Below, piece by piece: positions 24,701 to 31,987 of a DNA stretch of 32,000 bases. Made by a program: the position numbers and the translations under genes. The stretch spans positions 810,001 through 842,000 of the forward strand of contig OY781871.1 in assembly GCA_963677105.1 (NCBI GenBank), given 5' to 3'. The notes below the pieces were generated by a model. It was not told the origin of the DNA and ran no database searches. It saw only the letters and a list, made by a program, of their open reading frames with translations. The stretch is from Candidatus Saccharimonadota bacterium. GTDB lineage: Bacteria; Patescibacteriota; Gracilibacteria; UBA4473. Numbering within the stretch: the stretch's first letter is position 1; the number at the start of each line of letters is the position of its first letter.

Positions 24701-26621
24701 GGATAAGGATAGCTGTTTGAGGTCACTAGGAGAAAAAGAAATAGTAAAAAGGGCGAAGAGAGGCGCAATGGAAGAAGTATTAGAGAATCTTCCAAATGTG
24801 GATGGATATTTTAAGAGAGATTTTATAAAAATATTTAATAAGCTTTCGTACTCTTTTGCACTAGAAACACTTCCTGATGATAATCTGCCGAATGGAACGC
24901 CCGAAATAGATATTAGTAAAAATCAATTAAGATGTTTGGCTAAAGTGTATCCTGATTTTATTTTGAAAAATATAGAAGTGTTATTAAACAATCACTTTAT
25001 TAAAGTGAATTGTATAGATTTGCTAACCGGACTTGGACCTTTTTCACCAGAGCTTTTTTGGGAAAAATTTGAGGTTATAAAAAAATATGCATTAGAGACA
25101 CCAACCAAGAAAAAACATGGAAATAATTCACCGGATTATTCATTGATGTCGGATATGTTTCTAAAATTGGCAAAGCAAAAAGAGGGAGGAAAAGAAATAT
25201 TTAAAAATATGGGAATAGTGAAAGCGTGTGTAAGTAATGAGGAGTATTTAACAGAAATATTTAAAGGAGCTGCTAAAACAGCGCCAGCAAATGCGTTGAA
25301 ACAGGAAATACTTTCTGAATACAAAGATTTTCTACAGGGAAAAGAAATCATAAACAGAGCCATAGAGTATGCTGAAAATGATGAGAAATTTATGTCGATT
25401 TTTGTATCTGCTCCAACGTATTATACCGAGTCGTATAAAGAAAAACTTACGTCAATTGCTATTAGACATTCGGAAAAGACAATGGCAATCCTTCAATCTC
25501 AGGAAGTGAAAAATGTATGGGAAGGAGCTGGACTTACAAATGTAAGAGAATATTTTGTGAAACAAGTTGAGCGTGAACTCATTAAAAATGAAGTTTATAC
25601 ATTTATTGAAAATAATCCTTCAAAACACCCTCAAGATTTAAAATCGGACCCAACATTAGAATATTATCCAGAAATCAGAGATACATGGATTACTTCGAAT
25701 GAACATTTCAAAAGTAGACCAAAATTAAAACTTCGTTTTGATCCTTCTTGTCGAAAAGAATTAAATTCACCAAAAGCTATTAAACGAAGAAAACTCTTAA
25801 TTGCTCGATATTTGGGGTTGAGAAATAAAGATTTGAATCCATCAGATATTACTCCAGAAATGGTACAAGAAGCAGATTATAAAATATTTGAGGCAAAGCA
25901 AAAGAAATACAATAAGCCTTTATTTCAAGGACGAAATGTAATAGGATATTTCCCATCAAGTGATTTAGGAATAAAATTTGAGAATTTAAAACAAGCGATT
26001 GGTGCGCAACAAACAAATAAAAACGGAGAGGTATCAGGATCGTATATTGACTTTCAAAAAGGAGAAAGATTGAGTGACGGAGCACGTGATCAAATTATCA
26101 ATGCCGATCCGCCTCTTACTTTTATAACGCATAAACATAGTGCAAGTTCAACAGTGCGTGAACTTCAAGATGCATTAATAAAACGATGGGAAAGATTGAC
26201 AGCTGAAGGAGTAGAACCTTCAGAAGAAAATAGAGATTTTCTTGTTGTTGGAGGTTGTGGCATAACGGATGACCTTAGAGATGATCTTTGTAGAGCGATG
26301 AAAAAGAGAGGATATCCTATTCCAGATATTGTTGTAGAAACAGAATATGGACAATATGGATATGCTTATTACAAAAAAGAAAAAAATACGGAATTTGGAT
26401 CATCATTTTTGGATAGAGTAGTTTTTAATAAAAATCCTCAAAAAATTTCTACATTTGGAACTATGTGGGAAAATCGAGATAAATATTATGAGATGAAAGA
26501 CTCGAAAGGAAAATCTGTTCTTCCCGGAAATGCAACATTTTTAAGTGAAGATGAACTTGGGGAATTATTACAAATTGCAATGAATGAAGAAGATGGAGTT
26601 GATGAGTTTGTGAATGTTTAA
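21693..26621 (+). CDS. Giant hypothetical protein (1642 aa), no signal peptide or TM segment, function unknown
   Basis: Uninterrupted 4.9-kb ATG ORF with uniform coding-like composition, flanked by a promoter-like site and a strong terminator. No known family motif recognised by eye, apart from a weak His/Cys dyad pattern near the C-terminus. Confidence 0.8.
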   Translation: MSRFDSDEREYVQDRLKEIKKSLDDLKAEVEVSRSDEKKIERRRKEMKKMVKACKKSLGLRRRESLTREQKEDLHLLSTEFYSEEYEDLDRFKEEFQELSSQQQIEFAYNQVSMSWREKRRFFENMELYQETGVPVADILKLVAIEEYVEQGEVKLDIFGNQHAPWNTPNVIEILPGGLEKARTEISGYYEVALLVAPFTNPTEILYKIDNLSNEIDRPEVQKIIEIVHQKNPEGIMNEYSEKNPRAYIDKKKNAADVLLLPAQNPQTAKDFFSYFNTIIKNSFTENDSENNKRLESVLKTASENVSEEDEAITELINIVLSNKEWNSAEEKTKQIIESISNYDLSKIKIYTETKEVDVEAAPFPSLIIPHLGFRLALSLFPEVYPQIKEITGNELGKKITTQIIQQNLQNRERVDEVLTSSNVGTMTKDSEEVYKDNNVLKMFAETGDLDEILNYVETIDDSYWCKAVILENFSSEMKRKDFQKIDEDGNGEDTVAELLFSQLSFNEAQKHFPAYCEKLGIEKASVLMKPIFEKAWKNNTYNSRNSFTFLLAYCTEDAGYTDEIFSSLVKVMIDIDRPRVIQEYHYFKGENGNWPQDHEKRFCSSIQELIPSLCAKEYGDYFEQRKIQEDLEAPKLNIDEIHRSDLSENLLTYYENFTEELGKEEGEEAFRLLLQESGKVTSLFYNLNWEKFSQDKQEFFVKTWIKFDSEKPIYRLNKMPDSLQAFVVEIYSDKYIDRVGSKGICSILPKYYKKISETEGTGEAQRKVVELLQTMSDVEKVLDYHYWNYEMPKDLQKLVIKTVVPLAPEKIISNYDDVDYRMREKEVLPILLQGHRELCIKHFDKIDSYLHGVDDLVIDKFFGNDPQKTMKEILLTKSGVEKSKLEKIFSQAAKKEFSFFPETYGNRAYLNISNRKKQTIIHKPNEEKFLHACLVEMVGTGGKAGLILELLERQGFNVNMFDDGDQVWFENQEFHVQRAKDESIERVTLYCAREDLKGLGDWDKDSCLRSLGEKEIVKRAKRGAMEEVLENLPNVDGYFKRDFIKIFNKLSYSFALETLPDDNLPNGTPEIDISKNQLRCLAKVYPDFILKNIEVLLNNHFIKVNCIDLLTGLGPFSPELFWEKFEVIKKYALETPTKKKHGNNSPDYSLMSDMFLKLAKQKEGGKEIFKNMGIVKACVSNEEYLTEIFKGAAKTAPANALKQEILSEYKDFLQGKEIINRAIEYAENDEKFMSIFVSAPTYYTESYKEKLTSIAIRHSEKTMAILQSQEVKNVWEGAGLTNVREYFVKQVERELIKNEVYTFIENNPSKHPQDLKSDPTLEYYPEIRDTWITSNEHFKSRPKLKLRFDPSCRKELNSPKAIKRRKLLIARYLGLRNKDLNPSDITPEMVQEADYKIFEAKQKKYNKPLFQGRNVIGYFPSSDLGIKFENLKQAIGAQQTNKNGEVSGSYIDFQKGERLSDGARDQIINADPPLTFITHKHSASSTVRELQDALIKRWERLTAEGVEPSEENRDFLVVGGCGITDDLRDDLCRAMKKRGYPIPDIVVETEYGQYGYAYYKKEKNTEFGSSFLDRVVFNKNPQKISTFGTMWENRDKYYEMKDSKGKSVLPGNATFLSEDELGELLQIAMNEEDGVDEFVNV

Positions 26622-26683
26622 AGTACAAATATTAAAGAACAAAATATTTTTAAAACAGATAGTCATACTTTGTTCGTAATAAT

Positions 26684-26712
26684 AAAAAAGAGCGGATTTT
26701 CCGCTCTTTTAA
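26684..26712. terminator. Bidirectional rho-independent terminator between convergent genes
   Basis: An A6 run, then GAGCGG (26690-26695), loop ATTTT, CCGCTC (26701-26706), then TTTTAAAAA. Confidence 0.65.
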
Positions 26713-26732
26713 AAATTAATTTTATGTATTTT

Positions 26733-27455
26733 TTATTCCATTGCTTGATTTACTCGCATAACAATACTTGGAAGTGCAGATCCTTGATCGTTGTATCCAT
26801 CTTTAAGAGAAAAGTTTTCTGTTTTTCCGTTTAATTCAAGTTGGAAAATATATGGATCATTGTCTCCGTCATAAGATTCTGGAGTGTGTCCAGCACCTTT
26901 TGCTTTTACAGGATCTGGATTCTTTGGAATATAAATTTTTCCCAATGTTCCAAGACCAATTTCATAACGACCATTTTTTAATGATGTGTTTGAAAAATCA
27001 ACATCACATTTTACTTGTTTTTTTAGATCGTCACAAAAGTCTTGAATATCAATTACTTCATTATTTTCTACATTTGCGGGGAGAGAGGTTCGTGCAACAT
27101 TCACAATTTCTTGACTATCAGTTACAGACAATGGATCCATTCCGAGCATATTTTCTGTTTGTCCGGCCTCCATTAAGTCTTCCATTAAATCAGTCCATTC
27201 ATCTTTTGTTGCTAATGCAGTTGCTAAGTCAGCTGCATCTTTCAGAATTGATTCATACATAAAGCGTATATTATCATTTTCTGATTCAGGGAGATTTGGT
27301 AAATCTGCTCCTCCATATTCAGCTTCTAATGAAAGAATGAAATTTGATTTTTCAAGAAATGCTTCTTTTGTTACATCCTCTAACCCAGCTACTCGAACGT
27401 ATTCATTTTCGAAGTTACTTTTTGAGGAAGCCGATAACGATTCACGATTATTCAT
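26733..27455 (-). CDS. Hypothetical acidic protein (240 aa)
   Basis: ATG ORF starting 13 nt after the stop of the upstream 568-aa gene. Asp/Glu-rich, with no signal peptide or known motif. Confidence 0.6.
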   Translation of the reverse strand: MNNRESLSASSKSNFENEYVRVAGLEDVTKEAFLEKSNFILSLEAEYGGADLPNLPESENDNIRFMYESILKDAADLATALATKDEWTDLMEDLMEAGQTENMLGMDPLSVTDSQEIVNVARTSLPANVENNEVIDIQDFCDDLKKQVKCDVDFSNTSLKNGRYEIGLGTLGKIYIPKNPDPVKAKGAGHTPESYDGDNDPYIFQLELNGKTENFSLKDGYNDQGSALPSIVMRVNQAME

Positions 27456-27468
27456 TATAAAAAAGGTT

Positions 27469-29175
27469 TTATTTGTTTCTTCGTGGTTTATTTCTCATTG
27501 CAGCTTGCATAATTTTTACATTAATTTTTGAAATATCTTTGGCTGCAATTATTTCTTTCTCTAAATATTGTCCTGTAACTTCTACATCTCCATTTTCTAA
27601 AACAGTACATTGATACTTATTTTTTCCTACTGTTTTTTCTACATTAGCCCCTCCTAAGAGTTCAACACTTTTTTTCTTTGTGCCAGTAGAAGTAACTTCC
27701 TTTTCTTCAGGTTTTTTTGGTTGTTCCTCCTTTTTAGCTGGTTTTTCTTCAGGTTTTTCGGGAATACTTTCTTTAGGTGATTCACTTCTATGAGCGCTTA
27801 AATGTCGTCTAATGCTTTCTTCTATAGATCCGGTATGAGGTCCCACAAGTATGAAATTTTGTTTGTCCTTCTCTTCTACTTTAATATTTCCACTTTCTAA
27901 AATTTCGCATTTAAATTTTTTACCATCAACTTTTTTGGTTTTCTTTTTTCCTTCCAAAAAGTCGATAGCTTCTTCACGTTTAATATAATTTTCTCGTTTT
28001 TCATTTGCAGTCTTTTTCATTTTTGCAATAACTTCTTCTGTTTTCTTCAAATAATTTGAAGCATCAGCCGCTGGGATAATAAGTTCATCCATTTTTCCCC
28101 ATGTTTTTTTGTCTTTCTTCTCTTTTTGCACTTCTACTTTTCCTGTTACTTGGATATCTCCATTTTTTAAAACTTCGTATTTTAAATTTCTATCAGGAGC
28201 CTCAACAGTCTTCTTTCTTGTTCCTAAGATATTAATACTTGCTTCCTTGCTTGGTTTGAATTCTTCCTTCGGTTTAGGCTCAGGTTTAGCAGCAGGTTTT
28301 GCTTCAGGATTTGCTTTCGGTTTAGGCTCAGGTTTAGCAGCAGGTTTTGCTTCAGGATTTGCTTTCGGTTTAGGCTCAGGTTTAGCAGCAGGTTTTGCTT
28401 CAGGATTTGCTTTCGGTTTAGGCTCAGGTTTAGCAGCAGGTTTTGCTTCAGGATTTGCTTTCGGTTTAGGCTCAGGTTTAGCAGCAGGTTTTGCTTCAGG
28501 ATTTGCTTTCGGTTTAGGCTCAGGTTTAGCAGCAGGTTTTGCTTCAGGATTTGCTTTTGGTTTAGGTTCAGGTTTAGCAGCAGCTTTATTTTGTGCTTCC
28601 ATAAATTTTTTTGCTCCGTCGCTTGTATAATCGTATTCTACATCAGCTGGATCTTGGATTTGAATTATAACGTCTTTTGTTGTGTCGTAATTTGGAGCTT
28701 TAGCAAACATTACTTTTTGTCCTGGGTGAATTAAATGTGCCCAGTTGTTTTCTTTTCCTCCAATAGTTCCTTGAATTCCTTCTTTTGCTGTTCCATTAGC
28801 ATTATAAAATTGAACAGTAGTTTTTGATGTAATATTAAATCGTCTTGCTTTCAGCATTTTTGCTCGATCTTTCCAAGATAAAGAAGAATCAATTCCTTTT
28901 ACACGAGCGGTTTCTGCTCTATCGAATCCATATGCAAGAGAAGCCAGGGTGTCTCCCTTTTTTACGGTTGTTGACATGGTATTAACTGCAAGATTTAGAT
29001 TAGTAAACTCTTTCAAATTATTAAGATCGGTTGAGATTTGATCTCTAATTTTGTTTTGTTCGGACGTTTCCCATTGTTTTGATGCATCAACTGCTGCATC
29101 TGTTCTTTTTTCTAAAATGAATAGAAAGGGGGAATGTCCTTTTTGTAAGCCGAAATCATGCGATAAATTTTTCAT
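27469..29175 (-). CDS. Modular repeat protein: LysM-like N-terminal region, Pro/Lys/Glu 16-aa tandem-repeat spacer, three C-terminal repeated modules
   Basis: TVKKGDTLASLAYGF ... IHPGQKVMF resembles the two ends of a LysM domain but carries a long insert. Then come six full copies plus one partial copy of AAKPEPKPKANPEAKP. Then three modules share K(Y/F)xCx(V/I)LE(N/S)G(D/N)(I/V)xV. Confidence 0.7.
   Translation of the reverse strand: MKNLSHDFGLQKGHSPFLFILEKRTDAAVDASKQWETSEQNKIRDQISTDLNNLKEFTNLNLAVNTMSTTVKKGDTLASLAYGFDRAETARVKGIDSSLSWKDRAKMLKARRFNITSKTTVQFYNANGTAKEGIQGTIGGKENNWAHLIHPGQKVMFAKAPNYDTTKDVIIQIQDPADVEYDYTSDGAKKFMEAQNKAAAKPEPKPKANPEAKPAAKPEPKPKANPEAKPAAKPEPKPKANPEAKPAAKPEPKPKANPEAKPAAKPEPKPKANPEAKPAAKPEPKPKANPEAKPAAKPEPKPKEEFKPSKEASINILGTRKKTVEAPDRNLKYEVLKNGDIQVTGKVEVQKEKKDKKTWGKMDELIIPAADASNYLKKTEEVIAKMKKTANEKRENYIKREEAIDFLEGKKKTKKVDGKKFKCEILESGNIKVEEKDKQNFILVGPHTGSIEESIRRHLSAHRSESPKESIPEKPEEKPAKKEEQPKKPEEKEVTSTGTKKKSVELLGGANVEKTVGKNKYQCTVLENGDVEVTGQYLEKEIIAAKDISKINVKIMQAAMRNKPRRNK
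28270..28585 (-). repeat. 48-bp tandem direct repeat, about 6.6 copies, in frame within the 568-aa CDS
   Basis: The unit CGGTTTAGGCTCAGGTTTAGCAGCAGGTTTTGCTTCAGGATTTGCTTT recurs at 28270, 28318, 28366, 28414, 28462 and 28510 with no differences seen by eye. The terminal copy at 28558 has two substitutions. Confidence 0.92.
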
Positions 29176-29274
29176 GTATTAAAATTACATTAGATTATTT
29201 TAACATAACCTTTTAAAAAACACAAACGTATTATATACCATTTTCTAAAAAAAAGAACAGTCATTTTCATTTAA

Positions 29275-29308
29275 AATAAAAAGTGGGAACAATATCCCAC
29301 TTTTTTAT
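29275..29308. terminator. Rho-independent terminator after the 239-aa gene
   Basis: An A-run, then AAGTGGGA (29281-29288), loop ACAATA, TCCCACTT (29295-29302), then TTTT. Confidence 0.55.
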
Positions 29309-29330
29309 AATTATTAGTAATGTGAATTAA

Positions 29331-30050
29331 TTATTCAATATCTCCTTCCAAACGTTCTCCTCGATAAAGACGACGAAGTGAAATTCCTTTATATACATAA
29401 GGTTTTTTAACTCGGCGTTTATATGTAGAAGAAACTTGTTGGCGATTTGATAAATGATTTTTCCAGCCATCTGTTGTTTCTTGAGCTTCTAATCTTTTGG
29501 TTCGACTATTAGCCTCTGTGCTCCAAAATTCTCCCGATAGTTGTCCAGAACGATCCATTTCTGTCGCAGAACCGCTTTTTATTCCGCTTCGTGCATTTCG
29601 ACGACGACTCCAGTCTTCTTTATCTTTTGTTAGGCGACGAGAGTCTTGTAACAGGAATTTTTTTGTTGTTCCAAACGACATTGTTGTAGTAGTTCGTGTT
29701 GCGCGTTTTTCTTTTCCTAGACTTTTTTCTCTATCAGAGCCTCCTCGAGTAAGGGTTCCACTTCCAATACGTCGTCTTCCGAGCACAGAAGGTTTTTCAG
29801 TATTTTTCGTTGCTGGACGTGATTTTATTCGGCGTTGCCAACGACGTTTTAATACTTCCTCAGGACTTGCACCAGTTTTTTCTGATGAGTAATTTTTACA
29901 TGAATCAACAATTTTCCAGTCACTTGGAATTTCCTTAGTATCTGTGAAAACCTTACAAGTTCCGTGAGAATCAATTGCAGATTGTTTTACATCAACTGCA
30001 AGAGTTATTGTGGGCAACATGAGAGCTGTAATCAATAATAATTTTTTCAT
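29331..30050 (-). CDS. Secreted Arg/Lys/Ser/Thr-rich polycationic protein (239 aa)
   Basis: Signal peptide MKKLLLITALMLPTITLA-VD. A short two-Cys region is followed by low-complexity basic sequence (KRRWQRRIKSR, GRRRIG, SRRRNARS, KRRVKK). Confidence 0.6.
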   Translation of the reverse strand: MKKLLLITALMLPTITLAVDVKQSAIDSHGTCKVFTDTKEIPSDWKIVDSCKNYSSEKTGASPEEVLKRRWQRRIKSRPATKNTEKPSVLGRRRIGSGTLTRGGSDREKSLGKEKRATRTTTTMSFGTTKKFLLQDSRRLTKDKEDWSRRRNARSGIKSGSATEMDRSGQLSGEFWSTEANSRTKRLEAQETTDGWKNHLSNRQQVSSTYKRRVKKPYVYKGISLRRLYRGERLEGDIE

Positions 30051-30059
30051 AATTAATAA

Positions 30060-30914
30060 TTATTTTAAGGTTTCTTCTATCACGTCATCTTCATATCCAT
30101 TTACAGGAATATTTGTAGGAAGTGGGCGTTTTGTATATTTTTTCATAGACATTGGCCGTTGAAGTTTTATTTTTTTAGTAGCAGGATTTTCTTTTTTAAA
30201 ACGATTTAAAGATCGCACTGACCGATAAGTCGATAATTTTTTTATAGCTTCCTTTTGTGATGCGTCGGTAGTATTTAGTGAAACTTTTTTTTGTGAAATT
30301 TGTTTCGGTGTTTCATATCGTCTTTTTGTATTTGCTCGAATTGTCTTTGAGGTTGAAATATTGATTTTTGATGTAGGAGAAATGAGTTTTGCTTTACGTG
30401 ACTTTCTTATAGAGATTGTTCGTTTTGATTTTACTGGAACGAATCTTTTCGATTGGATTTGGATTTTCTTTTTGAATTCTTCTGGTTCTACTTTTTTTAC
30501 ATTAGAATTCGTAGAAGACTTAATAAGAGTAGGTTTTATTGATAATTCTTTCTTTTTTTCAGTCTCCATTAAATACTGTTTCTTTTCCATTTCTTTTTTC
30601 TCCTTCCAATCAATTTTTGTTTCTTCAGGAGTTTTATTTTCTGTTAAATATGGAATATTAATTTTCCGTGTTTTTCTTTCTTGATGTCTTATAGATGTTA
30701 CAACTGGTTTTTTTATCACAGTTTTCTGTTCTTGCATTTCTTCTTGTTCTTCGCTTATAGGCATTATTGTCATTGGATCACATATTTCCTGTTCCATAGA
30801 ATCATCACATATATGTTCTATCATTTCCTCAACAGAGATAGAGGCAGGTACATCATTTGTTGCAAACGCAAAAGTGGGGAAAATGATTACTGAAGCCAAA
30901 AGTATTTTATTCAT
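30060..30914 (-). CDS. Secreted Lys-rich polycationic protein (284 aa)
   Basis: Signal peptide MNKILLASVIIFPTFAFA-TN. An acidic two-Cys segment is followed by a long Lys-rich tract (KEKKEMEKKQ, FKKKIQIQSKR, IRKSRKAK). The stop lies 9 nt before the next start. Confidence 0.6.
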   Translation of the reverse strand: MNKILLASVIIFPTFAFATNDVPASISVEEMIEHICDDSMEQEICDPMTIMPISEEQEEMQEQKTVIKKPVVTSIRHQERKTRKINIPYLTENKTPEETKIDWKEKKEMEKKQYLMETEKKKELSIKPTLIKSSTNSNVKKVEPEEFKKKIQIQSKRFVPVKSKRTISIRKSRKAKLISPTSKINISTSKTIRANTKRRYETPKQISQKKVSLNTTDASQKEAIKKLSTYRSVRSLNRFKKENPATKKIKLQRPMSMKKYTKRPLPTNIPVNGYEDDVIEETLK

Positions 30915-30916
30915 GA

Positions 30917-31987
30917 TTAATTACGGTTACGGTTTAGTAGTCGATTTCGTAGTGCTTGGAGACGAGAAGCTCGTGTATTAGAACTTGATGAAGAAGTAGA
31001 TGTACTACTTTTTCGTTCTAATGAACGAAGTTCTTTTTGATATTGTTTAATTAAATTTTTTAATTCAGTTATTCGTGCCTTAATTTCACTACTTGTCTCA
31101 GGAGTAGCGGAAGTGGTTGTAGCACTTGTTGAATTCGAAGTGGTGGTGTCAGGAGTCGTTGTTCCACCAACATTGTAACGAATTCCTAAATTTCCACGCT
31201 TTAATACACGACGATTATAATTTGATTTTTGACGAGATGTAAATGCTGCTAGTGTTTTTGTGTTGATCGTTTCACTTTTTCCAAAGCGGGTAGTTCCTTT
31301 TTTGAAATATCCAGTAGCGTAATATTGTGTAGTTGGAGTTAATCCTTCAATGAAAGCAGTTGTAATATTTCTTGGTATAACAACTTCTGCAACAGGAGAA
31401 GAGAGATCATCATTTTCAGATAAAACAATTACAAATCCATCATAATCGTTCGAACTAATACTAGGTGTGGACCATTTAAAATGAATAGATGTATCAAATT
31501 TTTCAGCTCGTAATTTTCCAAAATTAAAAGCCATATCATCTGAAGAAGAATTATCAACAATAACAGGATCATTTGCTGCAATAAATTCAGAAGTGACATC
31601 TCCATTTGTTGCCCATTCCCATTTTAATATCTTAGATCCATTGTTTAGATATTTTTTTCGTCCATCAGTTTTCAACGAATATACACGGAAATAATATGTT
31701 TGGTTTCTATCAAATCCTGCTGATCGAAGTGTCAATGTGTTTTGATTTTTAGAGGCCTGATTTCGGTATAATTTGTCATTTCGAATGTCATTTTGTACGG
31801 TACTATATTGCAGAACATATCCGCCATTTTCATCAAACATTTCACTGTCAGTGAGTTTGTCCCATTCAATCAAAAGCTGATTACCAGCAGGTGTTACATC
31901 GAGATTTTCAATCTGTCCTGCAAAAACAATGGGAGAAACTAAGAAAGCAAACCCAAATACGAAAGCCATAGGAAAGAATCTTTTCAT
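30917..31987 (-). CDS. Secreted protein with two FN3-like domains, Thr/Ser-rich linker and basic coiled-coil tail
   Basis: Signal peptide MKRFFPMAFVFGFAFLVSPIVFA-GQ. FN3-like patterns LLIEWDKL...YVLQYS...YYFRVYSL and IHFKWSTP...FVIVLSEN...TTQYYATGYF. Then TTTPDTTTSNSTSATTTSATPETSS, followed by heptad-like EIKARITELKNLIKQYQKELRSLERK. Confidence 0.55.
   Translation of the reverse strand: MKRFFPMAFVFGFAFLVSPIVFAGQIENLDVTPAGNQLLIEWDKLTDSEMFDENGGYVLQYSTVQNDIRNDKLYRNQASKNQNTLTLRSAGFDRNQTYYFRVYSLKTDGRKKYLNNGSKILKWEWATNGDVTSEFIAANDPVIVDNSSSDDMAFNFGKLRAEKFDTSIHFKWSTPSISSNDYDGFVIVLSENDDLSSPVAEVVIPRNITTAFIEGLTPTTQYYATGYFKKGTTRFGKSETINTKTLAAFTSRQKSNYNRRVLKRGNLGIRYNVGGTTTPDTTTSNSTSATTTSATPETSSEIKARITELKNLIKQYQKELRSLERKSSTSTSSSSSNTRASRLQALRNRLLNRNRN

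Noticed and set aside
26241-26290. A SIR2-like GxGI[ST] motif (VVGGCGITDDLRDD) in the giant protein C-terminus
   Set aside because: Only about 120 aa follow it, which is too short for a sirtuin domain. No downstream catalytic His (HG) or zinc-ribbon cysteines are seen.
28270-28585. A possible CRISPR array, given the regular 48-bp periodicity
   Set aside because: The units are directly contiguous with no unique spacers. They are in frame inside a long ORF, and no cas genes are present.
28109-28630. A 173-aa plus-strand ORF encoding GLGSGLAAGFASGFAF repeats
   Set aside because: It is the antisense reading of the 48-bp tandem repeat. The repeat keeps both strands open. The minus-strand ORF continues for 568 aa on both sides with ordinary coding sequence, so the plus-strand ORF is treated as a mirror artefact.
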